44,278 bases of DNA from a virus: the UHGV virus genome UHGV-0261880. One strand, written 5' to 3'. Of the stretch, positions 33,736 to 41,992 are shown piece after piece. Positions within the stretch are counted from its first letter, which is position 1, and each line of letters begins with the position of its first letter. Under the pieces are notes generated by a model, which had not been told where the DNA came from, did no database searches, and was given only the letters and a program-made list of their open reading frames with translations. A program made the position numbers and the translations under genes.

Positions 33736-34004
33736 TTTATCAACTCTACCTTGCCGTGGACAGGCGGGATAACACAGAGGCTCTGTGGCTGTTGCGTGCG
33801 CCGTCGGGTGCGCACCAGATGGAAGAGATGGCGTACTTAGGCAAAGTACCGCGGCCTAAAGATATAGGCCGTCACGTGTCGCAGATTAAGCGCACGACAT
33901 TCGCCAAACCTGACTTTTATGTCTTCGAGTCGATGTATGGGTGGGCTATGCACTGCGACCATAAGACCAGACATTTAATTGACCAGTGGGAGAACAGGGT
34001 ATGA
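33732..34004 (+). CDS. Hypothetical protein
   Basis: 90 aa, coupled to neighbours. Confidence 0.45.
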   Translation: MIYQLYLAVDRRDNTEALWLLRAPSGAHQMEEMAYLGKVPRPKDIGRHVSQIKRTTFAKPDFYVFESMYGWAMHCDHKTRHLIDQWENRV

Positions 34005-35242
34005 TTCTAAAAGAACGCGGCGGTAATAACGATGTGCACTCCCTGTTGTCGCCGTCTGGGGCTAAAAAGTGGCTGGCGTGCAGTGCGTCACTGGCCTGTG
34101 AAAAAGATATCCCTAACACGTCCGGTAAAGCTGCTGTTACGGGGACCGCGTGCCACACTATAGCAGAGGTCCATCTAAACCAGTACATCAAAGGCACTGC
34201 ATTGCCGTTAGAGCGCGAAGTAGGTGCTTACGTGCTGGAAGAAGGCAAAGGTCAGATTAAGGCGCTAATCAGCCCGATGAAAGGCGCGGTACTGATTACG
34301 GCTGATATGATTGAGCAGGTTCGCAAGTACACCGACTACTGCAAAGCAATTATCGACGTCGCGACTTACGCCAAGCTGGAAATGCGCGTCAATCTTACTG
34401 AGGTATTGCATCCAGGCTATGAAGGCGTTGAGACGTTCGGGACTGCTGACCTTGTTGCCGTCCAGGAACTGGCTAACACCGACGAGCACATGCTAATCAT
34501 CGGCGACCTGAAAACAGGACGACATCGTGTCGAAGCGAAAGAAAACAAGCAGCTTATGCTTTACGCTCTCGGTGTCTATCGCCGACTCAAGAGACGTTAC
34601 AACATCACCGTGGTTCGCCTGGGCATCTTCCAGCCGTACGCCGGGGGCGCGTCGGAGTGGGACATCTCGGTTGAAGGTCTGGAACTGTTCGCTAAGTTCG
34701 CACAGAAACGCGCGCTGTTAGCTCTCGATGCGTATTTCCGTGGCAAGAAGAACCTGAAAGCGTCGGACTTCAGGCCGTCGGTCGATGGTTGTCAGTGGTG
34801 TCGGTTCTCAGAGCAGTGCGCCGCGCGTACAAAAACCGTTAATTCCGTACTGGCGGAAGAACTGGAAGACGACTTTGCGCTGGAACTGACGCCAGAGCAA
34901 CTCGTCGCTGAGTATGAGAAGTTGCCGTTGTTGCGCCAGCACATCGACAAGGTTGAGAAAGCGATGGCTGCTGCTTTGCATTCTGGTAAGAAAGTGCCGG
35001 GGTACAAGTTGGTTGAGGGCCGCCCTGGTAATCGTGCGTGGAAAGACGCAGAGAAAGTAGCAGAACTCTACGGCGACAAGCTGACTAAAGAAGTGCTTAT
35101 GGCGCCGACCGAGGCCGTTAAAGTTATACCGGAAGAAGAACTGAAAGGCTTCATTACCCGTAAGCCCGGTGCGCCATGCGTCGCAACGGCAGACGACAAA
35201 CGACCAGAGTGGAATCAGGTTAGTGAAGAAGATTTAGAATAA
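34001..35242 (+). CDS. PD-(D/E)XK exonuclease, Cas4-like (DUF2800-type) with Cys cluster
   Basis: Track ORF trimmed to ATG (MILKERGG...) overlapping upstream stop; GTADLV...IGDLKTG...QLMLYALG nuclease motifs; N-terminal Cys in LACSAS and C-terminal CQWCRFSEQC. Confidence 0.75.
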   Translation: MILKERGGNNDVHSLLSPSGAKKWLACSASLACEKDIPNTSGKAAVTGTACHTIAEVHLNQYIKGTALPLEREVGAYVLEEGKGQIKALISPMKGAVLITADMIEQVRKYTDYCKAIIDVATYAKLEMRVNLTEVLHPGYEGVETFGTADLVAVQELANTDEHMLIIGDLKTGRHRVEAKENKQLMLYALGVYRRLKRRYNITVVRLGIFQPYAGGASEWDISVEGLELFAKFAQKRALLALDAYFRGKKNLKASDFRPSVDGCQWCRFSEQCAARTKTVNSVLAEELEDDFALELTPEQLVAEYEKLPLLRQHIDKVEKAMAAALHSGKKVPGYKLVEGRPGNRAWKDAEKVAELYGDKLTKEVLMAPTEAVKVIPEEELKGFITRKPGAPCVATADDKRPEWNQVSEEDLE

Positions 35243-35246
35243 AGTC

Positions 35247-35275
35247 TTGACACCTGAATAGTTAGCTATTATAGT
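35247..35275 (+). promoter_or_regulatory. Sigma70-like promoter TTGACA-N17-TATAGT with embedded palindrome AATAG-ttag-CTATT
   Basis: Near-identical to the 32733 promoter; ~55 nt upstream of the 35331 start. Confidence 0.55.
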
Positions 35276-35330
35276 TCTAATCACTGGCCGGGCAGTTCCC
35301 GGAGTAAACTGAAAACTGAGGAATCGAGAT

Positions 35331-35954
35331 ATGGGACTGAAATTAAATCTGCGTAAAGTAAACACTGCTTGGGTTAACGTATTCGAACGCGAAAAAGACC
35401 GTGAAAACGATGATGGCTCAATCACTAAAGGCCAGTACAGCGCAACTATTATCCTGCCGTCTGACCATGCTCAAATCGATGCGCTATACGACACTGTTTA
35501 CGCTGTGGTTGAAGAAGCGTTAGGCGCAGCCGCCGCCGAGAAATGGATGAAGTCCAACTACGGCGAGGGTAAGCACATGGATAAATGCGCGATTAAAGAC
35601 ATTGCCGAGCGCGACAATCCGTTTGAAGACTTCCCGGAAGGCTTCTACTTCAAAGCGAAGGCACAGAAACAGCCGCTGATTGTAACCTCTAAAAAAGGCG
35701 AGACTCAGGTAGAGCAGGACTTCAACGTAGACGGCGAACAGATTGAAGGTGAACAGGTTTACAGCGGCTGCGTCGCTAACGTAAGCGTCGAAATCTGGTT
35801 CAGCCAGAAATACAAAGTCCTCGGCGTTAACCTGTTGGCGATTAAATACGTGGGTGAAGGTAAAGCGTTCGGCGGTTCTAAAGTCGCTGCTAGCGTCAAT
35901 GACCTGGAAGATGACGAAGAAGACGCACCGCGTCGCGAACGTCGCCGCCGTTAA
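35331..35954 (+). CDS. SSB-like protein (DUF2815-type) with acidic C-terminal tail
   Basis: 207 aa; C-terminus ...NDLEDDEEDAPRRERRRR; position between Cas4-like nuclease and DNA polymerase. Confidence 0.5.
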   Translation: MGLKLNLRKVNTAWVNVFEREKDRENDDGSITKGQYSATIILPSDHAQIDALYDTVYAVVEEALGAAAAEKWMKSNYGEGKHMDKCAIKDIAERDNPFEDFPEGFYFKAKAQKQPLIVTSKKGETQVEQDFNVDGEQIEGEQVYSGCVANVSVEIWFSQKYKVLGVNLLAIKYVGEGKAFGGSKVAASVNDLEDDEEDAPRRERRRR

Positions 35955-35973
35955 TTTCTGAATCAATTTAACT

Positions 35974-35998
35974 AAGGCCCTTCATTGGGCCTTTTTAC
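35974..35998 (+). terminator. Rho-independent terminator AAGGCCC-TTCATT-GGGCCTT + TTT
   Basis: 7-bp GC stem followed by TTTTTAC just after the 35954 stop. Confidence 0.55.
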
Positions 35999-36013
35999 TA
36001 AGGGTCGAAAATA

Positions 36014-36292
36014 ATGGCAGCGGAACTTAAGAGATACAGACGCATCACATACTGCAAATTTTGTAAGGCAGAAGGTAAAAAAGTTAGAGCAATTTGGATG
36101 ACTAAATACCCTCCAGCTTACGGTGTACGAGACTGGTATAAACACTATGCATGCGAGGAGCATAAACATTTAATAGAAGACACAGACCCAGACCGGACTT
36201 GGGCAGAAATCATAGAACGCGGTAAAAACAAGAAACAAGATCGCGACGACCATCTCACAGAAGCAGACTATCAGACGTGGTACAGACTATGA
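36014..36292 (+). CDS. Small zinc-ribbon-like protein
   Basis: 92 aa; CKFCK...YACEEHKH; lower GC than the polymerase gene it overlaps. Confidence 0.45.
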   Translation: MAAELKRYRRITYCKFCKAEGKKVRAIWMTKYPPAYGVRDWYKHYACEEHKHLIEDTDPDRTWAEIIERGKNKKQDRDDHLTEADYQTWYRL

Positions 36293-38541
36293 ACACATTG
36301 CTTTACTTAGACTTTGAAACCTACAGCGACATCGGTTTGAAGAAAGTCGGTTCCTACGCTTACGCTGAACACCCGTCAACCGAAGTGCTTATCTGTACCT
36401 ATGCTTTTGACGAAGAGCCTGTGCAGGTATGGGATTGCACCGACGGCAGCGACATGCCAGGTGATTTACACCGCGCGCTACGCCGTCTGGTTAAACCGAA
36501 CAGCCGCATCAAGATGGTATGGCACAACGGCTCAATGTTCGATAGGTTAATCATGAAGCACTGCTGGGGTTTTGACATCCCGGTAAGCAACACCATTGAT
36601 ACGATGATTTGGGCGTTTCGCCACGCGCTGCCGGGTTCACTTGATGCATTGTGCGAAGTGCTGGGTGTATCTGCGGACAATGCAAAAGATAAACGCGGCA
36701 AGGCGCTGATTCAGCGTTTTTCTAAACCGACACCGAAGAACTACAAAATTCGCCGCTATACCGCCGAAACGCACCCGGACGAGTGGGCGCTGTTCATCAA
36801 GTACGCCGTCAGCGACATCACCGCAATGCGTGAAGTCTTCCATAAGCTACCACGTTGGGGTAACTCCGAGTTCGAGGACCGGGTACTGGAACTGGACCAG
36901 TTAATCAACGACCGAGGGTTTAAGGTTGACGTCGCACTGGCGGAAGCCGCGATTGAAGCCGTTGAGAAACACAAAGCGCAGTTACAGGAAGAAGCCCAAC
37001 GCAAATACGGCGGCTCGCTTACGGGTAAAGACTTTCTGCCAATTCTACGTGAACTGGCTCCTGCGCACCGCATCCACAACGCGCAGAAGTCTACGCTTAA
37101 CGACCTGTTGGCGGACGATGATTTACCGGACGACGCACGCACGATTATCGAAATGCGCCTCGGGGCCGCGTCCACAGCGTCAACGAAATATAACCCGCTA
37201 CTGTTGGGCCGCTCTTCTGACGACCGCCGTCGCGGTTGCATCCAGTATGGTGGCGCTAAGCGTACGTTACGGTTCGCAGGTAAAGGCTTCCAGCCACAGA
37301 ACCTGGCGCGCGGGTACTATCATGATGACCCGAAGAATAAAAAGAAGAAAGTACGTTATGACTGGATGTCAGAGAAGGACTGGTGGAGAGTAACACACCC
37401 ATTGTCCTACGGAATCGACCTGTTGTTTAAAGGCCGCGCGCATCGCCGTTTCGATGTAGCCAAGCTAACGGCATCGACGGTGCGTAGCTGCATCATACCG
37501 GAAGCCGGGCATAAGTTTGTCGTAGCTGATTACTCTAACGTTGAAGGTCGCGGGTTGGCATGGCTGGCGGGGGAAGAAACCGCTCTCGATACCTTCCGTG
37601 CGGGATTGGATATTTACTGTGTAACCGCGGGTAAGATGTTCGGCATGGACCCTGATTACATTCTCGAAAGCCGTAGTGACCTACGCCAGATAGGTAAAGC
37701 ATGTGAATTGGGCCTTGGCTACGCTGGTGGTGTCGGTGCTTTCGTTCAGTTTGCTAAGAACCTCGGCTTAAACCTGGTTGATATGGCTAAAACAATGGAC
37801 GGTACTTTCCCGGACCACATATGGGCGGCTACTGCACGGGGCTATGAGTGGGCGCGTATACAGGAGGCAAAGCGACCGCCGCGGCCTGGTGAAAAGGATG
37901 ATCGACCCTCGTATATTCTTGATAAGAAAGTGTGGCGTACCTGTGACGCTATCAAGCGTATGTGGCGAGAGTCACACCCTGAAACAGTAGCTTTCTGGCG
38001 AGATATTGAAGACGCAGCTATGGCGGCTATCCGCAATCCTGGCAAAGAGTTCACCGCTGGGCCGCGAGGCGTTAAGTTTTCGCGTAACGTAGAGACAGAC
38101 AACAACGGCAACAAAGTCGCCGGTTGGTGGTTGCGCATGACGCTGCCGTCGGGTCGTGTTATGTCTTACCCGGGCGTCGGATTAAGCGTGTCGAAAGAGA
38201 CAGACGAAGATGGAAAGGTGTCTACTAACGTACGCATCAAGTACCAGGGAGAAAACCAGTTAACCAGACAGTGGGGGTTCCAGTACACCTACTCCGGTAA
38301 ACTGGTGGAAAACTGTACTCAGGCGCTGTGCCGTGATTTGCTGGCTAATGCCCTACTGAACGTCGAAGCAAACGGCTACCCGATTGTACTTCATGTTCAC
38401 GATGAGATTATCTGCGAGACACCAGATTTACCGGAATACAATGTTGCAGAGCTAGAGCGATTGATGTGCGAATTACCGGAATGGGCTGAGGGATTCCCTC
38501 TTGTAGCGGAAGGTGCGGAGATGAAGCGTTATGCCAAGTAA
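36277..38541 (+). CDS. DNA polymerase, family A, with 3'-5' exonuclease domain
   Basis: 754 aa; exo motif LYLDFETYS; polymerase motif A VVADYSNVEGRGLAWLAGE and motif C LHVHDEIICE. Confidence 0.9.
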   Translation: MVQTMNTLLYLDFETYSDIGLKKVGSYAYAEHPSTEVLICTYAFDEEPVQVWDCTDGSDMPGDLHRALRRLVKPNSRIKMVWHNGSMFDRLIMKHCWGFDIPVSNTIDTMIWAFRHALPGSLDALCEVLGVSADNAKDKRGKALIQRFSKPTPKNYKIRRYTAETHPDEWALFIKYAVSDITAMREVFHKLPRWGNSEFEDRVLELDQLINDRGFKVDVALAEAAIEAVEKHKAQLQEEAQRKYGGSLTGKDFLPILRELAPAHRIHNAQKSTLNDLLADDDLPDDARTIIEMRLGAASTASTKYNPLLLGRSSDDRRRGCIQYGGAKRTLRFAGKGFQPQNLARGYYHDDPKNKKKKVRYDWMSEKDWWRVTHPLSYGIDLLFKGRAHRRFDVAKLTASTVRSCIIPEAGHKFVVADYSNVEGRGLAWLAGEETALDTFRAGLDIYCVTAGKMFGMDPDYILESRSDLRQIGKACELGLGYAGGVGAFVQFAKNLGLNLVDMAKTMDGTFPDHIWAATARGYEWARIQEAKRPPRPGEKDDRPSYILDKKVWRTCDAIKRMWRESHPETVAFWRDIEDAAMAAIRNPGKEFTAGPRGVKFSRNVETDNNGNKVAGWWLRMTLPSGRVMSYPGVGLSVSKETDEDGKVSTNVRIKYQGENQLTRQWGFQYTYSGKLVENCTQALCRDLLANALLNVEANGYPIVLHVHDEIICETPDLPEYNVAELERLMCELPEWAEGFPLVAEGAEMKRYAK

Positions 38542-38662
38542 ACTGATTATCGCGGTACTGGCGGGATTTGCCGCTGGGGTCTACTGTCACGAGGGGCAAT
38601 ATGGCATGATTGTCGCTGTATTGGGTATGTTCATCGCAATTTATCTGTGGGTGCTGGAATGA
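38531..38662 (+). CDS. Tiny membrane protein (43 aa), below cutoff
   Basis: ATG overlaps the polymerase stop; MPSKLIIAVLAGFAAGVYCHEGQYGMIVAVLGMFIAIYLWVLE. Confidence 0.35.
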   Translation: MPSKLIIAVLAGFAAGVYCHEGQYGMIVAVLGMFIAIYLWVLE

Positions 38663-38748
38663 AAATTTACTGGTTCTATGAAGAAGACTGCCGAATCTGT
38701 CCGCGCTGCGGGATTGAACATACGAGACGGGAGGGGTGCGTGTTATGA
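38659..38748 (+). CDS. Tiny CxxC...C zinc-ribbon peptide (29 aa), below cutoff
   Basis: ATGA overlap with both neighbours; MKIYWFYEEDCRICPRCGIEHTRREGCVL. Confidence 0.3.
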   Translation: MKIYWFYEEDCRICPRCGIEHTRREGCVL

Positions 38749-38897
38749 CAATGTTTGTATTTTGGATGATAGTAACCATGCTTGCACTGCTACTCGGTGC
38801 GGGAATAGCTGCGATGTTCTGTTATGGTCTGTTATTTAAGTTTGTTGGCGTTGCCGTTCTAGGCGGGGCTTTCCTTACCTGGATTCTGCGGTCATGA
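38745..38897 (+). CDS. Tiny membrane protein (50 aa), below cutoff
   Basis: ATGA overlap with both neighbours; MTMFVFWMIVTMLALLLGAGIAAMFCYGLLFKFVGVAVLGGAFLTWILRS. Confidence 0.35.
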   Translation: MTMFVFWMIVTMLALLLGAGIAAMFCYGLLFKFVGVAVLGGAFLTWILRS

Positions 38898-39196
38898 CCC
38901 CGGAAGGCAAGATTCAGAAATACTCAAAAGAGCGATTCGAGGCCCTGGGCGGCCTCGTACGCAAATTGTCGTACGAAAATAGAGTGGGCGCTCCTGACCT
39001 GCTGGTAATCCTCCCCGGCGGCATCGTATGGTTCGTTGAGGTTAAGAAAGACGAAAACACGAAGCCAGACCCGCACCAGTTACGGGAGCACGATAGGATG
39101 CGTAAACGTGGCGCGAATGTTTTTGTCGTCGGTTCGTTCAAACAGGTTGACGACCTAATAGCGAACTATTATAGTAGCCATACACCAACAATATAA
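38894..39196 (+). CDS. VRR-NUC domain nuclease (PD-(D/E)XK)
   Basis: 100 aa; GAPDLLVILPGGIVWFVEVKKDE gives the D...EVK catalytic pattern. Confidence 0.65.
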   Translation: MTPEGKIQKYSKERFEALGGLVRKLSYENRVGAPDLLVILPGGIVWFVEVKKDENTKPDPHQLREHDRMRKRGANVFVVGSFKQVDDLIANYYSSHTPTI

Positions 39197-39207
39197 GGAA
39201 TTGAGAA

Positions 39208-39399
39208 ATGAAACACGAATATGACCGCAAACCAGCACGTGACATCGTACCAGGCGACATGATTTTCAACGTTAAAACCCGACAGCCGGTTGCCGTTGAT
39301 ACGGTGTACGTCGAGTCGAACGGTAAACTGGTTATCGAAGACGTAACTGGAAACGTTACGGCGTTCGGGCGTAAAGAGTTAGTTCTGGTGCTGAAATGA
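39208..39399 (+). CDS. Hypothetical protein
   Basis: 63 aa ORF between VRR-NUC and HNH genes. Confidence 0.4.
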   Translation: MKHEYDRKPARDIVPGDMIFNVKTRQPVAVDTVYVESNGKLVIEDVTGNVTAFGRKELVLVLK

Positions 39400-39893
39400 G
39401 TAAATTCAATAGAAGACCCGATATTGAGGAGGCGAAACGTCTTCTTAACTATGACCCCGAAACAGGTATATTTACACGAAAAGTAAGCATAAAAGGGAGA
39501 AATGCTGGGGAGGTAGCCGGAGGGCCAAACGACAAAGGATGCATAGTTATTACAGTCTCCGGTGTAAGAATAAAAGCCCACCATCTGGCATGGGCTTTCG
39601 TCTACGGGGAATATCACAATGGTGAGCTTGACCATAAAGACCGTAACAGGGCCAATAACGCCATAAATAATATAAGGCCCGCAACAAGGAGCCAGCAGAT
39701 TCAGAACCGCGACTGCACCTCGCATAACACCAGCGGCGCGATAGGGGTTTACCAAATACCATCGGGCAGGTGGCGCGCCAGAATAGGCGTCAATAACAGA
39801 TACATCCACCTTGGCTATTTTGACACTATAGAAGAAGCGTCGCGCGTATACCAAAGAGCCGCAGAAATATACTTCGGGGAGTTCAAGGCATGA
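39396..39893 (+). CDS. HNH homing endonuclease with AP2-type domain (second copy of this architecture)
   Basis: 165 aa; KAHHLAWAFVYGEY...DHKDRNRANN; C-terminal IGVYQIPSGRWRARIGVNNRYIHLGYFDTIEEASRVYQRAA is AP2-like. Confidence 0.75.
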   Translation: MSKFNRRPDIEEAKRLLNYDPETGIFTRKVSIKGRNAGEVAGGPNDKGCIVITVSGVRIKAHHLAWAFVYGEYHNGELDHKDRNRANNAINNIRPATRSQQIQNRDCTSHNTSGAIGVYQIPSGRWRARIGVNNRYIHLGYFDTIEEASRVYQRAAEIYFGEFKA

Positions 39894-41314
39894 GTAAGTT
39901 TAGGCGCAGGGAATATCAGAAAATAATGACGTCGTTTATGCTACAGCACCCACGTTGCAATATCTGGTGCGGTATGGGCGGCGGCAAGACCTCGTCAACG
40001 TTGTGGGTTCTCAATCGACTGTTCCGTAATGGGCAACTTAATGACGACGACCGAGTGTTAATTCTGGCTCCTTTACGTGTTGCGTCAGGTACGTGGCCCG
40101 CGGAACAGGCACGTTGGAACTTCCCTTGTCTGCGCGTCGTAGATGCGACTGGTTCAGAGAAGCGACGCATCGCGGCACTGGAATCAGACGCTAACGTGGT
40201 GTGCACGAACTACGAAGTTATCGAATGGCTTATCGACTACTACGGCAAAGACGACTGGCCTTTTACCGTTATCGTTGCCGACGAGAGCACGAAACTGAAA
40301 TCGTTCCGCAGCCGTTCAGGTGGAAGCAAGCGAGCAAAGGCGCTTAGCAAGGTTGCGTTCGGTAAGGTTAAGCGTTTCATCAACCTAACGGGTACGCCGT
40401 CCCCAAACGGACTCAAGGACTTGTGGGGGCAGAACTGGTTTATTGACGCTGGCGAGCGACTTGGGTCTTCATACACGGCGTTCACCGACCGCTGGTTTAA
40501 CTCGGTACAGAAGGGCAAATCGGCTATGGCGCGTGAGTACCACGCACGCCCTGGTGCGGATAATGAAATTCACCAGAAGATGAAGGACATCAGTCTCACG
40601 ATTGACGCTGCCGAGTGGTTCGGTTGCGAAGCGCCGATTATTGTACCGGTTGAAATAGACCTGCCGAAGAAAGCGCGTCAGGCTTACATAGATATGGAGG
40701 AGAAGTTATTCGCAGAGCTGGAAAGCGGAGAAGTTGAGGCGGCTAACGCTGCGGCGAAGACGTCGAAGTGTTTGCAGATTGCTTCCGGTGCCGTGTATGT
40801 TTCAGGCCCGGACGGCGAAGCAACCAAAGACTGGGAGAAAGTGCACGACACGAAACTGGATGCGCTGGAGTCCATTGTTGAGGAGTTACAGGGCGCTCCA
40901 CTGCTTGTGGCCTATCAGTTCAAGCACGAACTGGAGCGCATCCTTAAGCGATTCCCCCAAGCACAGGCGTTTGCGAAAGGCGCTAAGGGTAATAAGCAGA
41001 TGGAAGCGTGGAATCGTGGTGAAATCGAGATTTTATGTGTACACCCTGCATCAGCCGGGCATGGTTTGAATTTACAAGACGGCGGTCATCATCTGGCGTT
41101 CATCTCACAAGGCTGGAACCTTGAGCACTATTTGCAGGTTGTTGAGCGCATAGGTCCGGTCCGTCAGAAACAGGCGGGCCACGAGCGCCCGGTGTTCCTG
41201 TATCACATCGTCGCTAAAGACACGCTGGACGAGGTTGTCGCCGCGCGTACAGACGAAAAGAAATCGGTGCAGGAAGAGTTGCTTAATTATATGAAGAGAC
41301 GAGGTAAGAAATGA
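39890..41314 (+). CDS. SNF2/DEAD-like superfamily-2 helicase
   Basis: 474 aa; Walker A GMGGGKT; motif II VIVADESTKLK; C-terminal helicase-domain-like region. Confidence 0.8.
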   Translation: MSKFRRREYQKIMTSFMLQHPRCNIWCGMGGGKTSSTLWVLNRLFRNGQLNDDDRVLILAPLRVASGTWPAEQARWNFPCLRVVDATGSEKRRIAALESDANVVCTNYEVIEWLIDYYGKDDWPFTVIVADESTKLKSFRSRSGGSKRAKALSKVAFGKVKRFINLTGTPSPNGLKDLWGQNWFIDAGERLGSSYTAFTDRWFNSVQKGKSAMAREYHARPGADNEIHQKMKDISLTIDAAEWFGCEAPIIVPVEIDLPKKARQAYIDMEEKLFAELESGEVEAANAAAKTSKCLQIASGAVYVSGPDGEATKDWEKVHDTKLDALESIVEELQGAPLLVAYQFKHELERILKRFPQAQAFAKGAKGNKQMEAWNRGEIEILCVHPASAGHGLNLQDGGHHLAFISQGWNLEHYLQVVERIGPVRQKQAGHERPVFLYHIVAKDTLDEVVAARTDEKKSVQEELLNYMKRRGKK

Positions 41315-41826
41315 TGGATTGCGAGGAGTTACTACTTAAGGCGCATCTGCTGGCGCGTGGGTTTGACGCCGACCGTCTCCGGGTAGTCTTAGCCCCTGGC
41401 GTTGCCACATTCTACTTGTGGGGGTTTGACGGTAGGCTACGCGGATACCAGCATTACAAGCCACATGCTGAAAAGAACTGCAAGAATCCAAAGGATGCGC
41501 GGTATTTTACCAGAACAACAAGACCGTGTTTATGGGGGCTTGAGTATTTGCCGCGTAGCGGGACCGTATTTGTTACCGAAAGCATATTCAAAGCCGTAGC
41601 TTTGATGAATTGCGGGTTCAATGCAGTAAGCGCACTAGGGTCGAATATACCAGCTGACTTACGGCAGCAAATGTCACTTTTGCCGCATGAATGGGTGTGC
41701 GCCGGTGACAATGATAAAGCGGGCTTAAAGTTCAGCAAAACATTCACCAGAGGATTTGTATCTAACGACCTCGATGAACTTTGTGAAGAAGAAATAACGT
41801 ATCTTGCGAGGAAATTTACCAGATGA
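41311..41826 (+). CDS. Toprim-domain protein (primase-like catalytic core without obvious zinc-binding domain)
   Basis: 171 aa; VFVTESIFKAVAL (Glu) and VCAGDNDKAG (DxD) match the Toprim signature. Confidence 0.5.
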   Translation: MMDCEELLLKAHLLARGFDADRLRVVLAPGVATFYLWGFDGRLRGYQHYKPHAEKNCKNPKDARYFTRTTRPCLWGLEYLPRSGTVFVTESIFKAVALMNCGFNAVSALGSNIPADLRQQMSLLPHEWVCAGDNDKAGLKFSKTFTRGFVSNDLDELCEEEITYLARKFTR

Positions 41827-41960
41827 ACATCATAGCCCCAATTCCAGCATTGCAAAAACGTATCAAGGAACTTGAGGAAGAGGTTCTACGACTACGGCAA
41901 CAGAGAGATGCCGCTAATGCGCAACTGGCGTTTGTGCTGGAGAAGCTATCAGAAGAGTAG
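41823..41960 (+). CDS. Small coiled-coil peptide (45 aa), below cutoff
   Basis: ATGA overlap with Toprim gene; MNIIAPIPALQKRIKELEEEVLRLRQQRDAANAQLAFVLEKLSEE; followed by terminator. Confidence 0.35.
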   Translation: MNIIAPIPALQKRIKELEEEVLRLRQQRDAANAQLAFVLEKLSEE

Positions 41961-41964
41961 CGAA

Positions 41965-41984
41965 AAGGCCCCTAAAGGGGCCTT
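41965..41984. terminator. Terminator hairpin AAGGCCCC-TAAA-GGGGCCTT + AGTTTTATTT between convergent genes
   Basis: 8-bp GC stem; U-tract on plus strand; same stem sequence as hairpins at 9582, 10111 and 17251. Confidence 0.55.
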
Positions 41985-41992
41985 AGTTTTAT

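Noticed and set aside
36399-37393. ORFs of 100-161 aa on both strands inside the DNA polymerase gene
   Set aside because: Overlap the polymerase reading frame, which carries canonical exo and pol motifs; compositionally aberrant.
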